Source of the DNA: Stellaceae bacterium
GTDB lineage: Bacteria; Pseudomonadota; Alphaproteobacteria; ATCC43930; CGMCC-115725
Assembly: GCA_035504235.1 (NCBI GenBank)
Contig: DATJSH010000085.1
Location: 22 to 64,021, forward strand
Length of the DNA stretch: 64,000 nt
Direction: 5' to 3'
In this document: one piece after another, positions 9,087-18,263 of the stretch
Numbering within the stretch: position 1 is the stretch's first letter
Layout: each line of letters starts with the position of its first letter
Made by a program: the position numbers and the translations under genes
The notes under the pieces: generated by a model
What the model was told of the DNA's origin: nothing
What the model saw: only the letters and a program-made list of their open reading frames with translations
The model's database searches: none

Positions 9087-11912
9087 CTAATGCGCGGCGT
9101 CCCAGGTTTTGGCCCAACCGGTCTCGACGACGAGTGGCACCGACAATTCGCAGTGCGGCGCGCAGGCGCCTTCCATCACTTCCTTGACCAGCGAAGCAGT
9201 GGCCTGGATTTCGTCCTCCGGGGTCTCGAATAAGAGCTCGTCATGTACCTGGAGCAGCATCCGAGCGCTGAGGCCGGCCGCGTGCAGCGCCGCCGGGATG
9301 CGGCTCATCGCCCGCTTGATGATGTCGGCGGCCGAGCCTTGGAGCGGCGCATTGATCGCCTGACGCTCGGCACCCATGCGCCGCGCCGGGTTGGCGTCGC
9401 GGATGCCGGGGATAAAGCATTTGCGGCCGAAGATCGTCTCGACATAGCCGGCGGTGCGGCACTCGGCCTTGATCCGCTCCATGTAGGCGCGGATGCCGGG
9501 GAAGCGCTCGAAATAGAGGTCGATATAGGCCTTCGCCTCGGCCTGCGGCACGCTGATTTGGTTGCCGAGCCCGAATGCGCTGATCCCGTAGAGAATGCCG
9601 AAATTGATCGCCTTGGCGCGCCGGCGGATCAACGGCGTCATTTCGTCGAGCGGCACGTTGAAGACTTCGCTCGCGGTCGCCGCGTGGATGTCGTGCCCGG
9701 CGAGGAACGCCTCTTTCAGCGATGGGATATCGGCGACATGCGCCGCGAGGCGCAGCTCTATCTGGCTGTAATCGGCCGACAGCAGCACATGGCCCGACTC
9801 GGCGATAAAGGCCTGTCGGATTTTGCGGCCTTCCTCGGTGCGCACCGGAATGTTCTGCAGATTCGGATCGTTCGATGAAAATCGACCGGTGGCCGCGACT
9901 GTCAATGCGTAGGTGGTATGGACGCGCTGGTCGTCCGCGTCGATCTCATCGACGAGCGCGTCGGCATAGGTCGATTTGAGCTTCGTCAGCTGCCGCCATT
10001 CGAGCACCCGGCCTGGCACTGGGTGCAGCGGCTGCAGCTGCTCGAGGATCGAGGCGTCGGTGCCGTAGGCGCCGGTCTTGCCCTTTTTGCCGCCGGGCAG
10101 GTTGAGCTTGTCGAACAGGACATCGCCGAGCTGCTTGGGCGAACCGATGTTGAACTCGTTGCCGACATCGCGATAGATCGACGTTTCGATCTCGGCGATG
10201 CGCTTGGCAAAGTCGGTCGACAATTCGCCGAGCGCGCCGCGGTCGACTTTGATCCCGGCGTGTTCCATGGCCGCGACGGTCGGCACCAGCGGCCGCTCGA
10301 CGGTCTCGTAGAACGCATCCATATGCTCAGCGACGAGCCGCGCCTTCAAATATGCGTGCAGGCGCAACGCCGCGTCGGCGCGCTCGGCGGCGAAGTCACG
10401 TGCCGCTTCCGGTGCCACTTCGGCGAACGGGATCAGGCTCTTGCCGCTGCCGACCAGCGCCTTCAGCGGCTGGAGGCTGTGTCCCGCGGCGCGGCTGACG
10501 AGCTCCCCGATGTCGTGGTCGAACTGGCCGCCGTCGAGCACGTAAGACATCAGCATCGTGCAGTCATAGGGTGCGATGCGGATGCCGTGGCGCAGCAAGA
10601 GACGCGCCGCACCCTTCATGTCATGACCGATTTTCAGGGTGTAACGGTCTTCGAGAAGCGGCTTCAGCCGTGCCAGCACCTCGCTCGCCTGCAGCGCATT
10701 GGCGCCGAGTGCAGCCCCAGGGGCAGTAAGATCGAGGCTCGCCTGTCCGCCCGCCGGCTGCCGCGCGAGCGGCACGTAGGCGGCCAGCCCCGGCGCCAGG
10801 GCCAGCGCTATGCCCGCCAGCCCAGGCGCCGGGTGGATTGCCACAAACCCAGCCTCCTCGGCCGCTTCGATCCAGTGGTCGAGGCCTTCGAGCGTATCGA
10901 TCAGCGCGTATTTGCGCTCGTCGCCAAACGGCGCGATTTCGGGAATGACCGGCTCGCTCGCCGCCGGGGTCTCGACCGTCGCCGGCGCGGCGCCCTCCAG
11001 GCGCTGCGCCATCCGCGTGCCGAGCGTGCGGAACTCCATCTCCCGGAGCCATGGCAGCAGCACATCAGGGTCGATCGGCTGTACCGCGAGCTCGCTGAGC
11101 GGGCAGGGCAGCGGCACGTGATCGTCGAGCTTCACCAGCTCGCGCGACAGCCGCGCCTTGGCCGCGTGCTCGATGAGGCTTTCGCGCCGCTTTGGCTGTT
11201 TGATCTCGGGCGCGTGCTCCAGCAGGTTTTCGAGATCGCCGTAGGTGTTGATCAGCTCCGCCGCGGTCTTGACTCCGATTCCCGGCACGCCAGGCACGTT
11301 GTCGACGCTATCGCCGCACAGCGCCTGCACTTCGATGACCTTGTCCGGCCCGACGCCAAACCGCTCACGCACCTCGGCATCGCCGATGGGACGGTTCTTG
11401 ATTGGGTCGAGCATCGTCACGCGCTCGCGCACGAGCTGCATCATGTCCTTGTCGGACGAGACGATGGTGACGACGGCGCCGGCTTCGTCGGCCTCGCGCG
11501 CATAAGTCGCGATCAGGTCGTCGGCCTCGAAATCCGGCACATCGATGATGCAGACGCCAAAAGCTCTCGTCGCGTCGCGCACCAGCTTGAATTGCGGCTT
11601 CAGGTCGTCGGGCGGCTCGGTGCGGTTGGCCTTGTACAGATCGTAGATCTGATTGCGGAACGAGCTGCCCGAGTGGTCGAAGACGACGGCGATGTGATCG
11701 GCATCCGTCTCCGACAGCAGCTTGGCCAGCATGTTTGAGAAGCCGAGCACCGCCGAGGTTGGTGTCCCGTCCGAGCGGGTCAGCGGCGGCAGCGCGTGAT
11801 AGGCGCGGAAGATAAAGCCCGAGCCGTCGATCAGATAGACATGGCGCGGCGCAACGGTCGAACCGTCGTGGCCCGAAGCGGGGCGATGTTCGGTTGGGGC
11901 GATGTCGTTCAC
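9087..11912 (-). CDS. polA: DNA polymerase I
   Basis: 941 aa. Has the 5'-nuclease N-terminus (YLIDGSGFIFRAYHALP), a 3'-5' exonuclease-like middle region and polymerase motifs (DYSQIELR, RRRAKAINFGILYG, QVHDELLFE). Confidence 0.97.
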   Translation of the reverse strand: MNDIAPTEHRPASGHDGSTVAPRHVYLIDGSGFIFRAYHALPPLTRSDGTPTSAVLGFSNMLAKLLSETDADHIAVVFDHSGSSFRNQIYDLYKANRTEPPDDLKPQFKLVRDATRAFGVCIIDVPDFEADDLIATYAREADEAGAVVTIVSSDKDMMQLVRERVTMLDPIKNRPIGDAEVRERFGVGPDKVIEVQALCGDSVDNVPGVPGIGVKTAAELINTYGDLENLLEHAPEIKQPKRRESLIEHAAKARLSRELVKLDDHVPLPCPLSELAVQPIDPDVLLPWLREMEFRTLGTRMAQRLEGAAPATVETPAASEPVIPEIAPFGDERKYALIDTLEGLDHWIEAAEEAGFVAIHPAPGLAGIALALAPGLAAYVPLARQPAGGQASLDLTAPGAALGANALQASEVLARLKPLLEDRYTLKIGHDMKGAARLLLRHGIRIAPYDCTMLMSYVLDGGQFDHDIGELVSRAAGHSLQPLKALVGSGKSLIPFAEVAPEAARDFAAERADAALRLHAYLKARLVAEHMDAFYETVERPLVPTVAAMEHAGIKVDRGALGELSTDFAKRIAEIETSIYRDVGNEFNIGSPKQLGDVLFDKLNLPGGKKGKTGAYGTDASILEQLQPLHPVPGRVLEWRQLTKLKSTYADALVDEIDADDQRVHTTYALTVAATGRFSSNDPNLQNIPVRTEEGRKIRQAFIAESGHVLLSADYSQIELRLAAHVADIPSLKEAFLAGHDIHAATASEVFNVPLDEMTPLIRRRAKAINFGILYGISAFGLGNQISVPQAEAKAYIDLYFERFPGIRAYMERIKAECRTAGYVETIFGRKCFIPGIRDANPARRMGAERQAINAPLQGSAADIIKRAMSRIPAALHAAGLSARMLLQVHDELLFETPEDEIQATASLVKEVMEGACAPHCELSVPLVVETGWAKTWDAAH

Positions 11913-11920
11913 AGCACGTC

Positions 11921-12196
11921 CTATGGCTGGCGCGGCGGTGGCCGCTCATCGTCGCGCGCGGCATCGACGGTGCTCCCCGCAACTCCCACGCCGGGTGTCG
12001 CGACGCTCGAATAGCCGGCCTCCCCGGCGCCGGGTTGCGCCGCGGATCGGTTGATGAATACCCGCGAGCAATACGGGCACTCGGCCCGGCCGGCCGGCGC
12101 CAGGTTCAGGAACACGCGTGGGTGGCCGAGCGCGCCACCGCTGCCGCTGCAGGCGGCGACCATCTCGTCGATCTCGACGGTTTCAAACGGAACCAT
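11921..12196 (-). CDS. zinc-finger (zf-CHCC-like) small protein
   Basis: ATG at 12196 within ORF 11921..12616. HPRVFLNL...CPYCSRVF motif, typical of the small alphaproteobacterial zinc-finger proteins. Confidence 0.6.
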   Translation of the reverse strand: MVPFETVEIDEMVAACSGSGGALGHPRVFLNLAPAGRAECPYCSRVFINRSAAQPGAGEAGYSSVATPGVGVAGSTVDAARDDERPPPRQP

Positions 12197-12347
12197 GAGC
12201 CATCCAAATTGCTGGGCCGAATCTCTGAGGCCGAATTGCCGGGCGAAGATGCCGCGAAGGGTGCTGCTGGTTGACCGTTCGCCAAAGCGGATGATACGCG
12301 TTGCGGCGGGAGTTTCAAATATGCGGACGCGGGTCTTCGGCGCGCGA

Positions 12348-13424
12348 ATGAATGAGTTGCGGCGGCATCGCTGGCTGCTCGCCGGGGTGGCTTGCGCCGT
12401 CCTGGCGGCGGCATTGGCAGCTTGCGCGCCAAACGGTCCGGACGCGCCCGGGCAGCAAGTCGCCGCGATCGCAATGGTCCCGCCGCAGCTGCCGCCCCCG
12501 ACGCTGCAGGACGCTGTCTTCACCACCACCGACGACAAGATCCTGCCGCTGCGACGCTGGCTCCCGAACAGCGGCGCTGCGCCCCGCGCGGTGATCCTCG
12601 CGCTACACGGCTTCAACGACTACAGCAACGCCTTTGATGCGCCGGCCAAGGAATGGGCAAAACACGGCATCGCCACCTACGCTTATGACCAGCGCGGGTT
12701 TGGCGGCGCGCCCGGCCGCGGCTTCTGGCCGGGCAGCCGGACGCTCACCACCGACGCGGTGACGGCCGCAACCTTGCTGCGCGCGAAATACCTGCATACG
12801 CCGCTCTATCTGCTTGGCGAGAGCATGGGCGGCGCGGTGGCGATCCTCGCCGCGACCGGCGCGACCGGCATCCACCCGGCCGCAGTTGACGGGGTGATCC
12901 TGTCCGCGCCAGCGGTGTGGACGCGCGAGTCGATGCAATTTCTGCCTCGGCTCGCACTGTGGGCCGGGGTGCGGCTGTTCCCCGGCTGGGTGCTGACCGG
13001 CGAAAGCCTGCACATCCTCGCTTCCGACAATATTCCGATGCTGATCGCGCTGAGCCGCGACCCGATGGTCATCAAAGGTACTCGGATCGATACGATCTAT
13101 GGGCTGGTCGACCTGATGGACCGTACGATCGAGGCTGCCCCGCGGCTTACCGCACCGCTCCTCATGATGTACGGCGCGCATGACGCGGTGATCCCGGCCG
13201 ACCCGGTTCGCACCTTTGTCGCTGCGCTACCGCCGCAAGACGCCACGCGCGAGCGTTTTGCGTACTACCGCAAGGGCTACCACATGCTGATGCGCGACCT
13301 CGAAGGCAAAGCGGTCGCTGACGACGTCGCGAGCTGGGTTCTCGATCGCCCCGCGGCGCTTCCCTCGCGCGCCGACGCGATTGACACGGAGCGGCCGTGG
13401 CCGCCGATTGCGGCGGGTGGCTAG
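12348..13424 (+). CDS. alpha/beta hydrolase lipoprotein (lysophospholipase / monoglyceride lipase-like)
   Basis: In-frame ATG at 12348 (or 12321) gives a lipobox signal (LLAGVACAVLAAALAAC). LHGFNDY and GESMGG nucleophile elbow are present. Confidence 0.8.
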   Translation: MNELRRHRWLLAGVACAVLAAALAACAPNGPDAPGQQVAAIAMVPPQLPPPTLQDAVFTTTDDKILPLRRWLPNSGAAPRAVILALHGFNDYSNAFDAPAKEWAKHGIATYAYDQRGFGGAPGRGFWPGSRTLTTDAVTAATLLRAKYLHTPLYLLGESMGGAVAILAATGATGIHPAAVDGVILSAPAVWTRESMQFLPRLALWAGVRLFPGWVLTGESLHILASDNIPMLIALSRDPMVIKGTRIDTIYGLVDLMDRTIEAAPRLTAPLLMMYGAHDAVIPADPVRTFVAALPPQDATRERFAYYRKGYHMLMRDLEGKAVADDVASWVLDRPAALPSRADAIDTERPWPPIAAGG

Positions 13425-13554
13425 AGGCTCTGGAAGCCGGATCGCTTGCGATTTAAGCAAAACGGCGATTTCGATCCAGATTTCAAGTGCCGGCCATAGA
13501 AATATCGACCGCCTTGCGCCGCGCGCGGCTTAGCGCTAATTCGTCGACCGGCGC

Positions 13555-13631
<77 letters not shown>

Positions 13632-13848
13632 GCCGATTCAACGCTTATCGGGGCATTAATGGTAGAGCCGAAAGCGATTCCGCCGCGCAAATCGGACTGC
13701 GCAGCAAAGCTGAATTGCTCTTTGGTATTGTGGTGGTATGGTTAAAAACTAATTAAATAATTAATGTCAGAAAGTTGCAATTGATTTAGAAAAAATTTGA
13801 GTCATATTGCGCCTAACGCTGGCTTGTCGCCAAAAGGTTTGCCTCGAT

Positions 13849-14013
13849 ATGCGTATCAAACGGCTCAGAAAATGCTTCGCTTACAAAACCAGAGCCGTGG
13901 CGATAGAGTATGGGCTGATTGCATTGCTGATTTCTATTGCGGCTAATTCAGTGCTCCAGCTTAGCGGAACGAACCTTGTCGCCACCGTCACGACGGTAGC
14001 GGCCAATTTGTGA
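13849..14013 (+). CDS. Flp/Fap-family pilin (orphan, atypical leader junction)
   Basis: MRIKRLRKCFAYKTRAVAIEYGLIALLISIAA... carries the Flp AIEYGLIA core. Lies in an AT-rich segment and is followed by a strong terminator. Confidence 0.7.
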   Translation: MRIKRLRKCFAYKTRAVAIEYGLIALLISIAANSVLQLSGTNLVATVTTVAANL

Positions 14014-14048
14014 TCCTACCATATCGGTTTCCTCCCACGGCTAACACC

Positions 14049-14083
14049 GAGAGCCCCGGTCGAAAGACCGGGGCTCTCTTTTT
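14049..14083 (+). terminator. rho-independent terminator
   Basis: 13-bp perfect stem gagagccccggtc / gaccggggctctc, GAAA tetraloop, then TTTTT. Confidence 0.7.
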
Positions 14084-14309
14084 GCCGGTACCGCGAGGCG
14101 CGTCGTTGGATCGAGGGACACGCGCCAAATCCGGCCGTTCACCCGCCGGGATGTGCGGAGCCGGCCAACGCTCCGAAAGTCCTTCGTTCTGGCGCAATGC
14201 CTGGTGAGATGATGTAGACTGGGCGCAGCGAGAGCGGTTTTTGACCCCCGCGTATTTCCGCGACGGCTCACCGAAAAAAAGCGAGTGCTCTTCCGAGGAC
14301 AGAAAACAA

Positions 14310-15104
14310 GTGAATTGGAACATTTTCGCCCTTACAGCCCTTTTGTTGTTTCTCGTCATGCTGGTGAGATATTTCGTCGTCGCCGGGCTGTTTTATCTGG
14401 TGATATGGAAACGCCCGCTGCGCTGGCGCGAGCGGGCACTGAACGCGGATCGCCCGATCCGCGCCGCGATCGCCCGCGAAATCTTGTGGTCGATTTCGGC
14501 GACGCTTATTTTTGCAATACCCGGTGCCTTCATGATTGAAGGCTGGAAACTCGGGTGGACGAAAATCTACGTCGACCCGATTCAATACGGTTGGCTTTAT
14601 TTTGCTCTTAGCCCGCTGATCTATATGATCCTTCATGATACGTACTTTTACTGGACGCATCGGCTGCTTCATTGGCGCTGGTGGTTTTGTCATGCGCATT
14701 ACGTGCATCACCAATCGCTCAGCCCGTCGCCATGGGCGTCGTTTTCGTTTCACCCCCTAGAGTCGCTGATCGAAGCATTATTCATCCCGGTACTGGTCTT
14801 CGTGTTGCCGATACATGTTATCGGCTTGATTTTGGTGCTGATGGCGATGACGATATTCGGTGTCGTCAATCATCTCGGGTATGAAATCTATCCGCGCTTT
14901 CTTGTGGATCGCGGTCCGGGGCGCTGGTTGATTTCCGTGACGCATCATAACTGGCATCATCGGCGCTTCAACTGCAACTATGCTTTGTATTTTCGGCTGT
15001 GGGATATCTGGATGGGGACCGACCGTTGGCCCAACGTCGCCGCCGCTCAACGGCACGAGCTCCCGGGGAAAGCCGAAACGGCAGCCCAGAGCGAAACCTC
15101 GTAG
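14310..15104 (+). CDS. fatty acid hydroxylase superfamily protein (sterol-desaturase-like membrane diiron enzyme); candidate carotenoid ring hydroxylase
   Basis: ORF 14241..15104. GTG at 14310 has a GAGGA RBS about 10 nt upstream. Histidine boxes HDTYFYWTH, HYVHH and HNWHH. Several TM helices. GC is much lower than in neighbouring genes. Confidence 0.75.
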   Translation: MNWNIFALTALLLFLVMLVRYFVVAGLFYLVIWKRPLRWRERALNADRPIRAAIAREILWSISATLIFAIPGAFMIEGWKLGWTKIYVDPIQYGWLYFALSPLIYMILHDTYFYWTHRLLHWRWWFCHAHYVHHQSLSPSPWASFSFHPLESLIEALFIPVLVFVLPIHVIGLILVLMAMTIFGVVNHLGYEIYPRFLVDRGPGRWLISVTHHNWHHRRFNCNYALYFRLWDIWMGTDRWPNVAAAQRHELPGKAETAAQSETS

Positions 15105-15138
15105 AAGGGCCGTTTCTGCTGCCCCCGGCCATCGCTGA

Positions 15139-16590
15139 ATGACAAGCCTCGTCAAAACCACGATCAACAACGTTATCGGCAAGGGCGCGACAGCGCTGGC
15201 GAGCTTCAACCGCTGGCGCATGCCCGCTCCGGACGGCCCGCATCCGTTCCTCACCGGGTTGCACGCCCCAATGACGGAAGAAGCGTCGATCGAGGATTTG
15301 CCGGTGACCGGCGTGATCCCGCAGGCGCTTGATGGCCGGTATTTGCGCATCGGTCCGAACCCAATCGCCGCCGACCCAAAAACCTACCGATGGTTCCTCG
15401 GCGACGGCATGGTCCATGGTGTGCGGATAGAGCGTGGTCGAGCGCGCTGGTACCGCAATCGCTGGGTCCGCTCAACCGCGGTCACGTCAGCCCTTGGCGA
15501 GCCGCGAGTGCCGGGGCCGCGTCATGCGGACCCCGATACCGTCAACACCAACGTGATCGGGTTCGCGGGACGGATTTGGGCGCTGGTCGAGGCGGGAAGC
15601 ACGCCCGTGTTGCTAGACGATACGCTCGGGACGCTGGCTTACGATGATTTCGGCGGTACGCTGCGCGGCGCCTTCAGCGCTCATCCGCATCTTGATCCGC
15701 TGACGGGCGAATTGCATGCGATCGCCTACAATCCACGTGATCCGACACTGATCCACCATGTCGTGGTCACGGGTGAGGGCCGCGTTCGCCGCGAGGAGCC
15801 GGTGCGGGTGAGCCAGGGGCCGATGATCCACGATTGTGCGATCACCGCCCGCTTCGCGGTGATCCTCGACCTGCCGGTAACCTTTTCGATGGGCGCGCTG
15901 ATTTCGGGAGAACCCTTCCCGTTTCGCTGGAACGCCTCTCATCCGGCCCGAGTTGGCTTGCTTCCTCGCGAGGGCGCCGGCAGCGAGGTGATCTGGTGCG
16001 ATGTCGATCCCTGCTTTGTGTTTCACGTCGCGAATGCCTACGACACGGGAAATGGCGAGGTCATCCTCGACGTCGTTGCCTATGACAGGATGTTCGCCGA
16101 AGCCTCGCTCGGGCCCGGCGCTCCTCGCGGTGCGTTAGAGCGCTGGACGATCGATTCATCCGAGCGGCGCGTCCTGCGCGCCGTGATCGACGATCATCAG
16201 CAGGATTTCCCACGTATCGATGAGCGCCGGTACGGTCAGCCTTACCGCTACGCGTATGCGATGGCGGTGCCCGAGACGTCCGAACCCGGATTTATCGCCG
16301 CTAACAGCCTGTTGAAGCACGATCTGCAAACGGGCGTCCGGCAGGTGCACGACTTCGGATCGCGCCGTTATCCGGGCGAGTTCGTCTTTGCACCCGCTCA
16401 TGCCGCGGCTGCGGAAGACGAGGGATGGCTGATCGGGCTCGTTATCAACGAGATCGATCAGACCACCGATCTAGTGATCGTCGATGCACGGAATTTCGAG
16501 GGCGTTCCCTGCGCCAGGATCCAAATACCGCATCGAATCCCTCCGGGTTTCCACGGCAACTGGCTGCCTTCCGGAAATCGGAAGAGTTAG
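15139..16590 (+). CDS. carotenoid oxygenase family protein (carotenoid/apocarotenoid or stilbene cleavage dioxygenase)
   Basis: 483 aa. The four conserved iron-ligand His contexts are present (FSAHPH, IHDCAIT, FVFHVANAY, PGFHGNW). Confidence 0.85.
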   Translation: MTSLVKTTINNVIGKGATALASFNRWRMPAPDGPHPFLTGLHAPMTEEASIEDLPVTGVIPQALDGRYLRIGPNPIAADPKTYRWFLGDGMVHGVRIERGRARWYRNRWVRSTAVTSALGEPRVPGPRHADPDTVNTNVIGFAGRIWALVEAGSTPVLLDDTLGTLAYDDFGGTLRGAFSAHPHLDPLTGELHAIAYNPRDPTLIHHVVVTGEGRVRREEPVRVSQGPMIHDCAITARFAVILDLPVTFSMGALISGEPFPFRWNASHPARVGLLPREGAGSEVIWCDVDPCFVFHVANAYDTGNGEVILDVVAYDRMFAEASLGPGAPRGALERWTIDSSERRVLRAVIDDHQQDFPRIDERRYGQPYRYAYAMAVPETSEPGFIAANSLLKHDLQTGVRQVHDFGSRRYPGEFVFAPAHAAAAEDEGWLIGLVINEIDQTTDLVIVDARNFEGVPCARIQIPHRIPPGFHGNWLPSGNRKS

Positions 16591-16659
16591 TGGCGTGGAA
16601 AGCATTCCCTTGGCGCAGCGGCCCATGATCAGGCTGGCGGTAATCATTTTTGCCAGCGA

Positions 16660-16908
16660 TCAGTCTTGATAGACGATGATCGCGATGTTTCCCGTGGACC
16701 GCTGTGTATGCCGGGTCGCGCGGTGGCTCCCGTAAGTGCCGGTGTCGCCTTTCGGCGTGTCAGCAATAATACCCAGATCCTCGGCGGCCCATCCCGGATA
16801 TTGGATGGCCACGATGCGCTTGCCGTCGGCCTCTAACTGACCGACTTCACGGGCAAGTTCTGCTTGGCCAACGGCAATGGGCTCAAGCGCGATCTCGATC
16901 TGGGGCAT
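16660..16908 (-). CDS. hypothetical small protein (82 aa)
   Basis: ATG at 16908 is preceded by a GGAGAGG RBS. No family recognised. Sits between the cleavage oxygenase and crtY. Confidence 0.45.
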   Translation of the reverse strand: MPQIEIALEPIAVGQAELAREVGQLEADGKRIVAIQYPGWAAEDLGIIADTPKGDTGTYGSHRATRHTQRSTGNIAIIVYQD

Positions 16909-17093
16909 TAAGGCCTCTCCGGATTTGCCGAACTCTATGCCCAAACCTGCCCAAGTGTAAGGAGAACCCCGGCATCAAACAAAGCCTAGTGCGGCGATGC
17001 AGCGGGCCAATTGGTCACATGCTTCATGCGAAGTGCCTGACGTTGCGGGGCATCCCGCTTGCGCCGTGCGAATTTCTTCGTCCAACTGCGCGA

Positions 17094-18263
17094 ATGGTGC
17101 TCGACTCCCATTTGGGAAAACGGACCTCGTTGCTTCTCGCGGGCGGCGGCTTGGCGAACGGCTTGATCGCCTATCGGCTTGCGCATCTGCGGCCGGAAAT
17201 ATCGGTGTTGCTGGTCGAAGGTGGAGACCGGCTGGGCGGATGCCACACATGGTCGTTCTTCGACACGGATATCGCGCCGGACGGCGGCTGGACGAGCGCC
17301 TTCGTCGCCAAGTCGTGGGCCGGCTACGAGGTCCGCTTCCCGAAGCAACGCCGCCGGATCTCTCATGCCTACCGCAGCATCACCTCGGAACGATTTCATA
17401 CGGTGCTGACGTCGGCGCTGGGCGACCGGATCGTTTTGCGCGCCACTATTGAGACGCTCGGCCCGGACTGGGTGCGTCTCGCGGATGCGCGGCTGCTGAC
17501 AGCTGATCTGGTGATCGACGGGCGGGGCCCTTCCGTCTCGCCCGATCTGACGCTCGCCTATCAGAAGTTTCTTGGCCAGACGGTGCAGCTTACCGCCGAT
17601 CACGGGCTCGAGTGGCCGATTATCATGGACGCCATGGTCGACCAGAAGGAAGGCTATCGCTTTGTTTATGTGCTGCCGTGGGACGCGCGCACCCTGTTGA
17701 TCGAGGACACCCGCTATACAGACGGCGCGAACCTCGACCGCGACGATTTACGACGCGGCATCGGCGATTATGCGCGTGGCCAGGGTTGGACAATCGATGC
17801 CGTGCTGAGCGAGGAGGAGGGTGTGCTTCCCGTCGCCTTGGAGGGCGACGTGGAAGCACATTGGCGACGTGCTGAAGGACGAGCCCTTTCCGGGTCGCGC
17901 GCGGCGCTGTTTCACCCGACGACGGGCTATTCCTTCCCCGATGCGGTGGCTTTGGCAGACGCGGTCTGCAGGCTGCCGACGATCGACGCTGTGTCGGTGG
18001 AACGGCTAATCCGCGAGCGCTCGATCGAGCTGTGGCGCAGCCGCGCCTTTTTTCGGCTGCTAAACCGTATGCTGTTCCGAGCCGCGCGGCCCGCCGAGCG
18101 CTACCGGGTGCTGGAACGGTTCTACGGTCTGCCGGAAGCACTCATCGCCCGATTTTACGCCGGCAAGCTCACGGGATTGGACAAGGTGCGGATTTTGAGC
18201 GGCAAACCGCCGGTGCCAATCGGGATGGCGCTGCGCTGCATCCGCGAAAAGGGCCATGCATGA
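17094..18263 (+). CDS. crtY: lycopene beta-cyclase
   Basis: In-frame ATG at 17094 within ORF 16989..18263. FAD motif LLAGGGLANGLIAYRL. CrtY-like throughout. Its stop overlaps the crtI ATG (ATGA). Confidence 0.85.
   Translation: MVLDSHLGKRTSLLLAGGGLANGLIAYRLAHLRPEISVLLVEGGDRLGGCHTWSFFDTDIAPDGGWTSAFVAKSWAGYEVRFPKQRRRISHAYRSITSERFHTVLTSALGDRIVLRATIETLGPDWVRLADARLLTADLVIDGRGPSVSPDLTLAYQKFLGQTVQLTADHGLEWPIIMDAMVDQKEGYRFVYVLPWDARTLLIEDTRYTDGANLDRDDLRRGIGDYARGQGWTIDAVLSEEEGVLPVALEGDVEAHWRRAEGRALSGSRAALFHPTTGYSFPDAVALADAVCRLPTIDAVSVERLIRERSIELWRSRAFFRLLNRMLFRAARPAERYRVLERFYGLPEALIARFYAGKLTGLDKVRILSGKPPVPIGMALRCIREKGHA

Noticed and set aside
9918-11738. 606-aa plus-strand ORF antisense to polA
   Set aside because: This is a shadow ORF on the opposite strand of an unmistakable polA gene. 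Its composition is Arg/Ala/Gly/Asp-rich and low-complexity, typical of GC-rich antisense frames, with no recognisable motifs.
13988-14359. 123-aa minus-strand ORF between the Flp pilin and the hydroxylase gene
   Set aside because: It crosses the Flp terminator hairpin and overlaps the hydroxylase start. The sequence has no features.
16909-17093. Search for PpsR/CrtJ-type TGT-N12-ACA operators upstream of crtY (also done upstream of crtE at 23673-23842)
   Set aside because: I found no convincing palindromic TGT-N12-ACA pair by eye, so no regulatory site is claimed.
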